DNA of 64,000 bases, taken from IMG/VR virus record IMGVR_UViG_3300017788_000011, positions 32,001 to 96,000 of that record, one strand, 5' to 3'. Positions 31,420 through 41,736 of the stretch are shown here, piece after piece. The stretch's first letter is position 1. Each line of letters opens with the position of its first letter. Position numbers and translations under genes: made by a program. The stretch is from a virus. A model generated the notes under the pieces. That model was not told where the DNA came from and searched no databases. It worked only from the letters and a program-made list of their open reading frames with translations.

Positions 31420-34400
31420 TTATGATGTAAACGGTGCGCTGGTTATTACGCCTGAGGTAGAGGAAACGGTGTTAGCAACTTCAATGTTACTGAGGATTGT
31501 AGTTCCTGTTAAGTTATCAACTATCTCAATATCATCTACTGTGGCTGAACTTACAAATATTTCGTCAGGATTAGATAAAATTTCAAATAGTCCGCCAAAG
31601 GGCTGATTGGTTTGTTTTGGAACTATTACAAAGTTAACTATTCTGGGACTTAGTTGCTGTACAACATAAGAACTTAATTCAGAGAAATAAAATGTTTCTC
31701 CAAAGTCCCAATTGTCTATGGTAAAAAATTGATTAATTGCTTGAACAATTGCTGTTTTAATCTCATTGTCACTGATAACTAAATCTTTGTTTTTTACAAC
31801 CTTAAATGTAGCTCTTAATGCTGGATCTGCTTTGGCGCCAAACAAGGGTTTGTATTTTGCAGGATTGTAAACAATTTCATCGCTGATAGATTTAATGTTG
31901 TTTAATTTTTGTCCGAACTGAATGTACAACTCATCAACACCCGGTGGTAAAGGTTTAGTAGTAACGGCGTTGGCTAACCATCTGCGATATTCGAGATCAT
32001 AGGACTTGGTCAACATATAAACATCGATGATGTTAGACAGACTTGGATCTATTCTATTGGCATAGTCCGCGGCATGTTTGTATTGAAACTTTAGTGCCGA
32101 TCTGCCAACAACAACCTGATATTCAGTTGATACTGCTAACTGAGTAACTGAGATTAGTTTTTTAACAACGTCTGTATCTCTGATGTAAAAATATTGACCC
32201 ACTTGATAGTTGGTATACGAACCAATTGCATCTTCTGTATCTTTGATCAGCACTACGTCTAATCCAGAAGGATCATATCTGTATTCTTTGAGAGAACCCG
32301 TTAAATTATATCGTTTTAAAACTACATATTTTTCTGTAGGGTTAGTTCTTGGAGCAACAATTTTTTCAAATAAGTCTGGATCATCTACAACACCGTCTTC
32401 GTCACCGTCAAAAAAACCAACCTGTATTTTTTTAGTGTCCACATAGCCATCCACTGAACGATATTCATCGACAATTTCCCAGATCTTATCTGTTTCTAAT
32501 GGAAATGCGTTATCGGGCTTGTTGTTAGTTGAAAACACTGTGATAGAATCTTTGATTGTCTGACCAGTCTTTGAATCAAAAACTTTATCCCCAGAATCGT
32601 AATAAAATCGAGTACTGGAGTCGCTTTCAAAAATATAACGCAACCCTCTGGCTGTAATTGTGTAAGTTTCACCGTCTGTGTCAAATAACAATAACCAACT
32701 GGAGTCTAACTGCGAATTAGTTACATCGCCAGTTTTTCCGAGATTAAAATCATCAATGATATTTAAATTAGTATCAAAGATTATAGACCAAACTTTAGTA
32801 TCAATGTCAAATCGTAGACCAAATGTTTTGTTTGAAAAAATCAAATCAATCATTTGATTCTTCACAGCAGTTAATAATACTTTAGAAAACTTAGGAATAA
32901 TTTCTTCTAAGATTGCATCGTTAGGAATAATATTATTCAATACCACTGTACCAATATTATTAACTCGGCCATCTCCGCCACCAGTGCCATCACCGTTTAC
33001 AGATATAACTTTGGTCCATCTTTCTGTGGATCCGCCAGTTGGTAATACCCCAGATGTGGGAATGTCAAGAATTAAATTATTTTTGCTGAAAAATTTTCCT
33101 GTAGGCGCAACAAATTTGATCAAGGATCCCGGCTCAACAGATTTTAGATTACCTGAAGTGTAAATGCCTAATCGTCGAGGAGACGGGTCGGTGGTGCTTT
33201 TAACAAAGCCTGTACACTGATTTTGATCTACAGTTACTTGTCCCCAGGCAAAATTTTGTCCAGTTAAATTAACTCTTGTGTATTCAGAATAATAAAAATT
33301 CAGCAAACTATCTTTGGCCAACAAAGGCTCAACTACATTAGACATAACTGATTCGATGTCTGTACGAGAAATAAAAGTAAATACTGTTTGCTCTTCAAAA
33401 AACTGTCTATACAATACTCCGTCATCGCCAAAAATGTTTGTGTTAGAATATTTGCCAGTGGGATCTAATAGATCAAAATATCTACTAATTCCACTGCTGA
33501 TTCTATTGACTGCTTTTAATTTTAATATATCTTGATTAATAGCCAACGGTGCTACATTATAATCCTCAGCAGTGATCATTCTGTTCTGTGTATAATATGT
33601 TGAGGGAGCTCGTTGTTTTATTGATTCGTTTGTCTCTGATGTGGCTGCGTTGCCCACAGTGCTTTGAAGACTTAGTGTGATTGTCAATGTTTCAAGTTGA
33701 CCAATTGAAGAAACATAAGGAATCTCAATTGAAACGCCTTTCATGTTCTTGGGAGAAATTGAGTAGGCCAGGCCGTTGGAAGTTCTGTAGTAAACTCTGA
33801 AACTGCCTTTGGGCAAGTTCCCGAAGATGCCATCAGCAAATGCAACACTGATTCTATCACCCGATCGAGTTATTACATTGTAGATATTTCTAATATTTTT
33901 GTTTAGGCTGTTGTAGATAATGTTATTACCTTCAATTGCTTCTACCTTGGTCCACAGCTCAGAGTTATTTCCGTTAGCGTCGAGTTTGTACAACCAAACA
34001 TCGTCATTGTTGATGTTAGTAGCGTCAAGATCTACTATTTCATTTTCAGTTGGTTGATCTACTGTAAACGATCCTTGATTTAATGTACCTTGTCTAAAGT
34101 GTGCAAAAAATCCTGTGTTGGAACTGGCTGTTCCCTGTCCGTCATCTCTATATAAAAAGCCAAATGGATTTCCTACATTAGGTGGCTCTTCATAAATGTA
34201 TTCTTGATTTTTAAAAGTACAACTGGTTACTTCAAAGGTCATGTTTCGGCCATCGATGGCTTTTGAAAAACTAAACACCGGAATGTCATTTAACACAGAA
34301 TTTAAAGAATAACTTTCAGTGGCAATACCGTTGATAACATTAAAATCTCTTGGCTTGCCAAACGGCTGATTAGTTGGCATCGATGCGTTGACAATTTTTA

Positions 34401-34869
34401 TAAATTGTTCGTACCAATTAGGATTAGATGAGTCGTTCCATACCACTGTTTGTTGGCTGAGGTTTCTTCCGTTGCTGTCAAGTATTTCTTCTGTGGTGCT
34501 GACTGTTTGAAATTTTAGTAGGCCGCTGGCACAGACATTTCGTTTGACATTATAACTGAGCAGTCGAGCAATACGTAGTACACTTTCTCGGCGCTCGGCT
34601 AATTCAAGAAAGTTATCTCTGGCATTTAAATCAACTCGATAGGCTAAACCCTGTCCTACAAAGGCCACAAGATCAATTAATGCAAGATATTCCGACGATT
34701 CAATGTAATCGTTGAAATCTTCGGGATAGTTTTCTCTTATATAAGAAATCATTGTTCGACGTAGATTTTCAAAGTCGTAAGATTTGAAATCTGCGTTGCG
34801 AAACGTTTGATAAATTCGAGTCCAATCCTGGGCTACAAGTAAACTGTTTTGTCTGTCGGTACTCGACAT
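31420..34869 (-). CDS. gp6: Baseplate wedge subunit, T4 gp6-like
   Basis: DFENLR...FNDYIESS...LAERRESVLRIARLLSY, FADGIFG.LP and QNRMITAEDY; follows the gp25-like gene. Confidence 0.85.
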   Translation of the reverse strand: MSSTDRQNSLLVAQDWTRIYQTFRNADFKSYDFENLRRTMISYIRENYPEDFNDYIESSEYLALIDLVAFVGQGLAYRVDLNARDNFLELAERRESVLRIARLLSYNVKRNVCASGLLKFQTVSTTEEILDSNGRNLSQQTVVWNDSSNPNWYEQFIKIVNASMPTNQPFGKPRDFNVINGIATESYSLNSVLNDIPVFSFSKAIDGRNMTFEVTSCTFKNQEYIYEEPPNVGNPFGFLYRDDGQGTASSNTGFFAHFRQGTLNQGSFTVDQPTENEIVDLDATNINNDDVWLYKLDANGNNSELWTKVEAIEGNNIIYNSLNKNIRNIYNVITRSGDRISVAFADGIFGNLPKGSFRVYYRTSNGLAYSISPKNMKGVSIEIPYVSSIGQLETLTITLSLQSTVGNAATSETNESIKQRAPSTYYTQNRMITAEDYNVAPLAINQDILKLKAVNRISSGISRYFDLLDPTGKYSNTNIFGDDGVLYRQFFEEQTVFTFISRTDIESVMSNVVEPLLAKDSLLNFYYSEYTRVNLTGQNFAWGQVTVDQNQCTGFVKSTTDPSPRRLGIYTSGNLKSVEPGSLIKFVAPTGKFFSKNNLILDIPTSGVLPTGGSTERWTKVISVNGDGTGGGDGRVNNIGTVVLNNIIPNDAILEEIIPKFSKVLLTAVKNQMIDLIFSNKTFGLRFDIDTKVWSIIFDTNLNIIDDFNLGKTGDVTNSQLDSSWLLLFDTDGETYTITARGLRYIFESDSSTRFYYDSGDKVFDSKTGQTIKDSITVFSTNNKPDNAFPLETDKIWEIVDEYRSVDGYVDTKKIQVGFFDGDEDGVVDDPDLFEKIVAPRTNPTEKYVVLKRYNLTGSLKEYRYDPSGLDVVLIKDTEDAIGSYTNYQVGQYFYIRDTDVVKKLISVTQLAVSTEYQVVVGRSALKFQYKHAADYANRIDPSLSNIIDVYMLTKSYDLEYRRWLANAVTTKPLPPGVDELYIQFGQKLNNIKSISDEIVYNPAKYKPLFGAKADPALRATFKVVKNKDLVISDNEIKTAIVQAINQFFTIDNWDFGETFYFSELSSYVVQQLSPRIVNFVIVPKQTNQPFGGLFEILSNPDEIFVSSATVDDIEIVDNLTGTTILSNIEVANTVSSTSGVITSAPFTS

Positions 34870-34916
34870 AAATTATCCCTCTTTTGAATATTTATCGAAA
34901 ATAATTAACTGCTAAC

Positions 34917-35357
34917 TTAATTCAGTAGACCGTTTTCTTGATCAAATCTAAAACGCAGACTTTCTGTAATGTTGTAGGGCAGATAAGTTAATTCGCATTC
35001 TATCTGTATGCCACTTTCATAGGTGCTAACTGCTACACGATCAACAGAAACTCGGGGGTCATAGTTAATAATGTCTGTGACATTTTTAGCAATTAGTTCT
35101 TTTAGTTGTTCAGTCAAGGGTTCATATAGTATGTCCCAAATAATAGTACCAAACTCTGGCTGTTCAAGCCGTTCTCCCTGACGAATATGAAAGTGGTTTA
35201 TGATGTCTTGTTTAATTAACGCAATATCGTATAGATTAAAGGACGTTGTTGCATTAACTGTGGAAAAGCCTTTGTAAGTTCTTGTTCCAGGTGAGTTGGC
35301 CGCAGTGCTGGGACCTTTTACCACTGTTCTAAATTGTGTGCTGTTATCAAGTGCCAT
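34917..35357 (-). CDS. gp25: Baseplate wedge subunit, gp25-like
   Basis: GERLEQPEFGTIIWDILYEP and YDPRV, characteristic of the GPW/gp25 family. Confidence 0.88.
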   Translation of the reverse strand: MALDNSTQFRTVVKGPSTAANSPGTRTYKGFSTVNATTSFNLYDIALIKQDIINHFHIRQGERLEQPEFGTIIWDILYEPLTEQLKELIAKNVTDIINYDPRVSVDRVAVSTYESGIQIECELTYLPYNITESLRFRFDQENGLLN

Positions 35358-35378
35358 ATCAATATTTAACCCTTAAAT

Positions 35379-37052
35379 TTACTGCTTTCTAAAAGTATCT
35401 TGAGTTAAATCTTTATTCCATAACTCTGGAAGCTCAAGCAGTGTTTCTGTAAAACTGCTTTGATCACTGGTTTCTTCACTGTCGGTACTTTCAAATCTTT
35501 CTTCTTTGTCTCGATCAGTTTCTTCTGGTTTGTACTTTTTAGGATCAAGGTTTTCGTGATGGGGATAAGGCTCGTGCGTTGGAACTCTGCGCATTATTGT
35601 TTCTGTCCACTCTTCGCCGGTTTCGTCTGGAAGTTTGTGCAGTTTCAGCCTCTGCGGTAACTCTGCTTCAGCCGATGTGTCTGCTGTGGCTGCTTGAGGA
35701 CCGTTCATGTGAATCTGAGGAGCAGTTTCCGTGTGATTTCCGCCGGATAAAATATCTGTGGGGCCACCGGCAGTGAACCAATTATGTCCTCCAGTATTCA
35801 AATCAAAATTACCAAGATTAGTCTGTTTATAATTTTGATCGTAGAGTTTATCAACGTTTGCTTTTACATGATGTTGATAATTTTGTTCATAGGTTTTATC
35901 AACATTTTGTTTGACATGAATTTTCTGATTTCCGTCAACTACTAAAATAGAATCTTCTATGACATGTGTGTGCATTTGATTGTTGGCTTTGATATTGATG
36001 TTTCGGCCGGCTTCTATGTTGATATCTCTGTCAGCATAGAAATTTAAATCTTGTTTGGTGCGAACACTGACACTGTCCTCAGCAAATATATCGATTTTAC
36101 CATCACTGGTTAATTCTATCCAAGTTGTTCCTCGAGCATTGCCTATGTAAATTAAATCTTCTGTGTTATGAAATAAAATCTGGTGGCCGGTTCGAGTACG
36201 TATCCTAAAAAGTTCGTTGTGTAAGAGGTCTGCTTGGCCATCTGTTTCACCTGATTCAACATTGGCATATTCTGGCGGGGCCTCGTGCGCTGGCTTTTTA
36301 CGAAGAAGTTTATCGTCGCCGTCATCCATGACAAATGTTGTGCCGCCCAGTCTGCTGACAAACGCATTGTTTACTTTATGTTCAAACTTGCCTATTTTAC
36401 CTTTGGTTGCGCCTGCACGTTTATCAACCGGGCCTGGGGTAGAAATACCAAACACAGCACTGGGTACTTCTCGTCTTGCAGAAGTAGTTGTGGTTCCCCT
36501 GATTTCGTCTTTGAGCAATCCCTGAGTTTCAAGTCTTTCTACAAATATATGAACAGGTTTTTTAATTTTTGTGGGATCAGTAAATTCTGCAGGATTTGTA
36601 TCTTTGTTAAATTCTGCTACTGGTAATTTTTCTTTGCGACCCTTGTCCACATGAAATTCTGTGGCCGGGGCGCCGCCAGGAACCTGCATATTCATGTATT
36701 CGTCTTGAACACAGCCTATCCAGAATCCTTTTCTCGGATCTCCTTGTACAAAAATTACCATGACAACTGATCCAATGTCTGGTGGGATCATCCACATACC
36801 GTAACTTTTTTGTGTTTCGTTGTATGTTTCGTTTTTTCCATTAAAGGCCACAGAAGTAACACCATAGAATGGTGAAAGATACTGTACTTGGTGTAATTGG
36901 CCTTCTCTGCTGTCGTAGTTTCCTGCTGGTCTTAGTAGTTCAACCTCAAGACCTCCCATGTACTTAGGATCAAGGTGGCTGACAATTTTAGCGAGAAACG
37001 GGCCAGCATCGGGTGCTGACTGACTCGTTGATCTGGTCTCTCTGGTACTCAT
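35379..37052 (-). CDS. gp5: Baseplate central spike, gp5/VgrG-like, without a lysozyme domain
   Basis: OB-fold-like SYGMWMIPPDIGSVVMVIF, RIRTRTGHQI, short beta-helix repeats and C-terminal PTHEPYPHHE. Confidence 0.7.
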   Translation of the reverse strand: MSTRETRSTSQSAPDAGPFLAKIVSHLDPKYMGGLEVELLRPAGNYDSREGQLHQVQYLSPFYGVTSVAFNGKNETYNETQKSYGMWMIPPDIGSVVMVIFVQGDPRKGFWIGCVQDEYMNMQVPGGAPATEFHVDKGRKEKLPVAEFNKDTNPAEFTDPTKIKKPVHIFVERLETQGLLKDEIRGTTTTSARREVPSAVFGISTPGPVDKRAGATKGKIGKFEHKVNNAFVSRLGGTTFVMDDGDDKLLRKKPAHEAPPEYANVESGETDGQADLLHNELFRIRTRTGHQILFHNTEDLIYIGNARGTTWIELTSDGKIDIFAEDSVSVRTKQDLNFYADRDINIEAGRNINIKANNQMHTHVIEDSILVVDGNQKIHVKQNVDKTYEQNYQHHVKANVDKLYDQNYKQTNLGNFDLNTGGHNWFTAGGPTDILSGGNHTETAPQIHMNGPQAATADTSAEAELPQRLKLHKLPDETGEEWTETIMRRVPTHEPYPHHENLDPKKYKPEETDRDKEERFESTDSEETSDQSSFTETLLELPELWNKDLTQDTFRKQ

Positions 37053-39538
37053 TTTTTCCTTAATGCGTTAATTGCTGCCACTGCGGCCACTCCAGTGACT
37101 GCTACTTTGGCCACGTCTTTGATCAAAGACATGCTCGACGGTGATATCAAACTGTTCAACGAATTTCCAGCACCTAATGAGTTTCCAATGTTGGATAGGT
37201 TTTGGCTTGCTCTAACAGCATCCGAAATACCTGCGTTTAAACTACCAAACACAGAAGCAAATCCCGAAGGTAAAAATCCAGCGATAGCATTTACTATTCT
37301 ATCCGGAGTAGCATCGTCGATCATTCCTAAAACCAACGATCTTCCTTCGCCTTGTAATAACTTCTCTTGGTGTGGCAATCTGGCCATATTTAAAGACTGT
37401 ATAAACTTTCCCTTGGAAAATGAATTTTTAACAGTTATGACTTTGTAAAGACCGCTGAACGGTTCTACTAATTGTGTGTTTTCAGGAAATACATATCCGC
37501 CTGTAGCATCATTGATGTCGACAGGTGTTCTAAACTTTACCAAGACATGAACTTCTCTGTTTTGATGATTCATACTGCCATCTGCTTTTAAATTCACTAA
37601 TTGTGTATCCGGACTTGAGTAATTGCCCATACCGCTGTCGGCAATGTAATAAGGATCGCCAAGTATCTTCATATCGATCTGAAGCATGTCTCCAGCACCT
37701 TTAACTATGGCATCATTGAATAAACGTGCCACGCGAGTTTCGTCAGTGTCTGAACCACCACCGCCCATTAAGTCAGTGTCTGCTTTGAAAACAGGTAACT
37801 GTGTTTCTGGGCTCGACCCCACAGTAGATGCTCCTGTGGCTGTAGTTTTTGGTGCTGTTTTATCTCCGCCCGACGAGTTCATCTGCTGTTGATTTCTTGC
37901 ATCCATGTTATTTGCTCCGGCATCACTGAACGCGGCTCGAGCAAATGCTATGTCAAATCGTATGTCAAAATCTAAGACATCAACGTTTTTGCCTGTGTAG
38001 ATATAATTGTATTCCTTTACGCAGTTCTTTTTTAAATTTTCGTAGCCAGTAGGTGTTACATTAGGCGGTGTAAATTTGCTGGAATGCACTTTATAGGGTA
38101 TAACACGATAAACAACTAATTTTGGTCTATCTCCTGTGTTGGGATCCATACCGTCGGCTACGGGTAATAAAAACACCTGTGATTCTATTCTGAACCAATT
38201 CAGCATACCGTTTTCGTCAACGGCTCCGGGATTAATAACTTTTCTTCCGTATTCGCTGACGAGAATTACCTGAGTAATAGCATTCTGAATATCCGACCCC
38301 TGTGTAAATTTAAACTCTCTTCGCTTAGGGTCAATGGCTATTGTATTTCGTTTAAAAATACCTGCTTTTTCGTCGTATGTGGCTTCCTCTTTGCCAAAGG
38401 GAGATTGGCCGCCTTGGTACATGTCAAAGCCCATAGAAGACGCACCAATTAGATTTACATCGCTTTCTGACTGAACCAATGTTTCGTTGGTTTTACTTCT
38501 GCCTAATCCTAATGCAGATTCAACTGAGTTCGCTGCCGGTGCAGATGGATTAGAAGTTGCAGGACTGTCATCGCCGTAATCGTAATAGTCTGAATCATAG
38601 CCAGTGCCAGCACTGGCTACTTCTTTAGGAAAAATAATAGCAATTTCGTCGGCTACTTTTACACGCCCTTCTTTTCTTAATTCTACATTTCGAGAATTAA
38701 TCACACGTTGCAAACTTTTATCCCCAGACTGTAACATTTCTTGCACAGTGGCTCCTGTGATTGCTACATCTGTTTGTAAATTGTGGTATTTAGAACTGAA
38801 TCCTTGCTCGTTAAACGGTACTGCTGTACAGTCGTAGGTGCTGCCAGATTTTGCCACATTAAAACCAATGTCAACAAATTTCAAAGGAATATATTTTTTT
38901 CCTCCTGGAACAGGTACTGTAAGATTATCTTCTGTTATGCCGGCAAATTCTATTGCTAACAAAAACGGTGCTTGAAGATAATTTTTATATCCCTGTTGTT
39001 TGGCTGCTAACTGTAGGCTTTGTAAAAACAGTCCCATTGAATAGGGCTCTGTGATTTTAAATTTAATCTGCGAAGCGTTGGTGTTACGAGACTTCATGTT
39101 AGGGGAGATAAATGTATCTATTTCTACATCGTCCATGAAGAAATCAAATTTACCATAGGCTGTGTTGATTCGATTATTAGGATCTCCGTTACCACTTTTT
39201 AAAATTATGTTTGATATTTGTCCTGCTCTGTAATTTCTGTCTGGAAAGTTTATTTCGTCATCGTTTAAACATGACAAGGTAAAAATAGTATTGTAACTGG
39301 CAAAGATTCCCAGAGCATTAGGCAACGGCAGTCCTACAGAAGAACTCTGAGGATTTAGCATACCTCCTAATGCTGGGCCAAGATTACCCACTACAGATCC
39401 CACAGATGACAGTGCGTCTCCAGCAACGTTTCTTATTGCTTGAGCCGGATTGGCCACAGCACGATCAATAAAGTCTGCACCTCGCTGTGCTATGTCACCG
39501 ACAGTACCAGCAACATTGTCGTAGATAGGAAATGCCAT
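37049..39538 (-). CDS. Putative baseplate hub protein
   Basis: 829 aa between the gp53-like and gp5-like genes; ILGDPYY and SGLYKVITVKNSFSKGKFIQSL motifs. Confidence 0.6.
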   Translation of the reverse strand: MAFPIYDNVAGTVGDIAQRGADFIDRAVANPAQAIRNVAGDALSSVGSVVGNLGPALGGMLNPQSSSVGLPLPNALGIFASYNTIFTLSCLNDDEINFPDRNYRAGQISNIILKSGNGDPNNRINTAYGKFDFFMDDVEIDTFISPNMKSRNTNASQIKFKITEPYSMGLFLQSLQLAAKQQGYKNYLQAPFLLAIEFAGITEDNLTVPVPGGKKYIPLKFVDIGFNVAKSGSTYDCTAVPFNEQGFSSKYHNLQTDVAITGATVQEMLQSGDKSLQRVINSRNVELRKEGRVKVADEIAIIFPKEVASAGTGYDSDYYDYGDDSPATSNPSAPAANSVESALGLGRSKTNETLVQSESDVNLIGASSMGFDMYQGGQSPFGKEEATYDEKAGIFKRNTIAIDPKRREFKFTQGSDIQNAITQVILVSEYGRKVINPGAVDENGMLNWFRIESQVFLLPVADGMDPNTGDRPKLVVYRVIPYKVHSSKFTPPNVTPTGYENLKKNCVKEYNYIYTGKNVDVLDFDIRFDIAFARAAFSDAGANNMDARNQQQMNSSGGDKTAPKTTATGASTVGSSPETQLPVFKADTDLMGGGGSDTDETRVARLFNDAIVKGAGDMLQIDMKILGDPYYIADSGMGNYSSPDTQLVNLKADGSMNHQNREVHVLVKFRTPVDINDATGGYVFPENTQLVEPFSGLYKVITVKNSFSKGKFIQSLNMARLPHQEKLLQGEGRSLVLGMIDDATPDRIVNAIAGFLPSGFASVFGSLNAGISDAVRASQNLSNIGNSLGAGNSLNSLISPSSMSLIKDVAKVAVTGVAAVAAINALRKK

Positions 39539-39539
39539 G

Positions 39540-39842
39540 TTATAATCCTAATATCTGAAACAGGGCAGATTTTTTTGGCAGATATATTGTTGTACCTGCT
39601 TTAAAATCCCAAATAGGATCTTGTAAAATATCCATGTTGCGTTGTGTAAATACCCACCAAAGTCTTGTAGTTTGATAGAGGTCATAAGACAGTAGGTCTG
39701 GTCTATAGGTATATTGTGGTTCAATGGTATAGGGAAAATCGTCTGGCTGAGCAGCCACAGGACGAATTCTAAAAATTCCTAATTTGTCATTTTCAATGGG
39801 AGTCTTAAACCACGGACTGGTAGAGTTATATTCGGCAGCCAT
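39540..39842 (-). CDS. Baseplate wedge protein, gp53/LysM-like
   Basis: YRPDLLSYDLYQTTRLWWVF...GTTIYLP motif. Confidence 0.75.
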   Translation of the reverse strand: MAAEYNSTSPWFKTPIENDKLGIFRIRPVAAQPDDFPYTIEPQYTYRPDLLSYDLYQTTRLWWVFTQRNMDILQDPIWDFKAGTTIYLPKKSALFQILGL

Positions 39843-40789
39843 TATAGATAACCTTTACCTGATGAAAGATAAGAACCGTTGACGAACTGTTGTAAACTAA
39901 ATTGCTTAACTGATTCTCTGCTGTAGATAGGCTGAAGTGTGACACTGACAGTGCTTTTTACTGGGACCCATCCCTTGGCTGCACTGCCTCTGGACAAAGA
40001 GTTTACTATGCCTATTCCAGTATTCAACGAAGATGCTAAATTCCCTAATGTTCCGCCGGCCTGCGAAATTGCTCCCAGGGCTGACTGTGCAAGACTTGGA
40101 AATCCGGCGCCTGCCGCATTGGCATCTATGGCAATGTAATCAACATCGGCTGGTAAGTCTACTGTATAACTTTTCACTACCACAGGAACATTAGGAAATA
40201 CATGTTCACCGTAGCCACTTAATCTGCAGATAGGAGGAGGCGTACCTTGATTAGGCGTGTCTCCAGAAGCCATTTTAGTCACTGATCTTAAAAAATGCAC
40301 CACGGCTGCCCAATAGGCTGCCTGTCTTCCGTCTTCAACAAAAAACGATCCGGTGATCGCAATCTGATCAGGTTCTGTGGCTGTGTAACTGATAAAGGGA
40401 TAATTACTGTGCGTCAATGATTCTACAGAGTACGCCGCACTACCCGTAATATTAATCGTTGGAGTAAATGGAAAAACCAATCCGTTGGTTTCTAACAAAG
40501 GTTGTAGTATCGAACTGGAGCCAAAACTGCTGGGCATAGAAATTCTAACTCGCCAGTCGTTGCCGTTGGCATTGCCAAACACTGCGTTGGCAATGTTAGA
40601 AGTTTTCAGTGCTTCGGCACCCACTGGTATTGATGAGGATCGCAACTTCGATAATAATCCCACTGGATTTGATAGATCAGAAAGATTTACACCTGCTCTG
40701 CCTAATGAATTGTTGATTCCGGATAATCCGGATCCAAGGGTATTAGATACCGTCGATACTACGTTAGAAATGCTTTCAAACAGCGCCAT
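39842..40789 (-). CDS. Putative tail tube initiator/baseplate protein (gp48/gp54-like position)
   Basis: GLVFPFTP, HSNY and PPPICRLSGYG..VFPNVPVVV; heads the baseplate operon. Confidence 0.5.
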   Translation of the reverse strand: MALFESISNVVSTVSNTLGSGLSGINNSLGRAGVNLSDLSNPVGLLSKLRSSSIPVGAEALKTSNIANAVFGNANGNDWRVRISMPSSFGSSSILQPLLETNGLVFPFTPTINITGSAAYSVESLTHSNYPFISYTATEPDQIAITGSFFVEDGRQAAYWAAVVHFLRSVTKMASGDTPNQGTPPPICRLSGYGEHVFPNVPVVVKSYTVDLPADVDYIAIDANAAGAGFPSLAQSALGAISQAGGTLGNLASSLNTGIGIVNSLSRGSAAKGWVPVKSTVSVTLQPIYSRESVKQFSLQQFVNGSYLSSGKGYL

Positions 40790-40817
40790 TTATTTCTCCA
40801 TTTGGTAACAATATTTA

Positions 40818-40846
40818 TTGACAATTTAATCTGCGTGTTTTATAAT
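40818..40846 (+). promoter_or_regulatory. Consensus sigma70-type promoter of the late sigma factor gene
   Basis: TTGACA (40818-40823), 17 nt, TATAAT (40841-40846); SD GGGAG before ATG 40868. Confidence 0.85.
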
Positions 40847-40867
40847 ATGCTTGGGAGATCATAATTA

Positions 40868-41716
40868 ATGTCTACAAAAGTAAACTATCTTAACAACAAA
40901 GATCTATTAGACGAAATACACAAATCAAAGAACAGTTACAGTTCGTACACAAAACCAGAATATCATCAGTACGATATTATTCTGCCCAGTTTGGAAAAAA
41001 TTAACATTCGTACTGTGGCAGAGGCCAAACGTAATCGTGCAAAAAGGCTTTCGCAACAGGCCTACGAAGCGAGAAAAGCCGCAGGGGAAAAAATCAAAGC
41101 CGCAGAATGCGAAATTGACTATAAAAAGATTATAAAAACAGATTTGGTTTTTAGAATCATGACTTTTGATCATATTCCAGGCAATATTGGTAGAAAAAAG
41201 AATCCAAAGAGTGTAGCAGACAAAAAGGAAAAGGTAAATTTTCCACCGTTTCAGCACTGGAAGTTTGATAACAAAGACGAATTAATCTGCGTGGGCAAAA
41301 GCCATTGGAAAGGTGATCTTAAAAAAGGTCAGTTTAGCAAAGACCACGGACAGATTAGTAACAATCTTGCACGGATGTTTATCAAACTCTGCGAACGATA
41401 TGCTACCAGGGGTAACGTTCGAGGCTATACCTACAACGACGAAATGCGTGGACAGGCTATCCTGCAATTAACACAGATAGGTTTACAATTTGACGAATCA
41501 AAATCAAATAATCCCTTTGCGTATTTTACCGCGGCAGTGACTAATTCGTTTGTGCGTGTGATCAATATCGAAAAGAAGATGCAGAATATTCGAGATGACA
41601 TGCTGGAAATCAACAACATGGCGCCAAGTTGGACACGTATTGCCAATGCCGAACATGAAAATGCCATGGCTCGAGAGGCAGCACGTCGAGACCAAACTGA
41701 TAGCGAAGAAGTTTAA
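40868..41716 (+). CDS. gp55: Late-transcription sigma factor, T4 gp55-like
   Basis: NYLNNKDL, GYTYNDEM and FDESKSNNPFAYFT...NSFVRVINIEKK; sits upstream of gp47-gp46 as in T4-like phages. Confidence 0.85.
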   Translation: MSTKVNYLNNKDLLDEIHKSKNSYSSYTKPEYHQYDIILPSLEKINIRTVAEAKRNRAKRLSQQAYEARKAAGEKIKAAECEIDYKKIIKTDLVFRIMTFDHIPGNIGRKKNPKSVADKKEKVNFPPFQHWKFDNKDELICVGKSHWKGDLKKGQFSKDHGQISNNLARMFIKLCERYATRGNVRGYTYNDEMRGQAILQLTQIGLQFDESKSNNPFAYFTAAVTNSFVRVINIEKKMQNIRDDMLEINNMAPSWTRIANAEHENAMAREAARRDQTDSEEV

Positions 41717-41736
41717 AAGAAAGTATAATCTAATTT

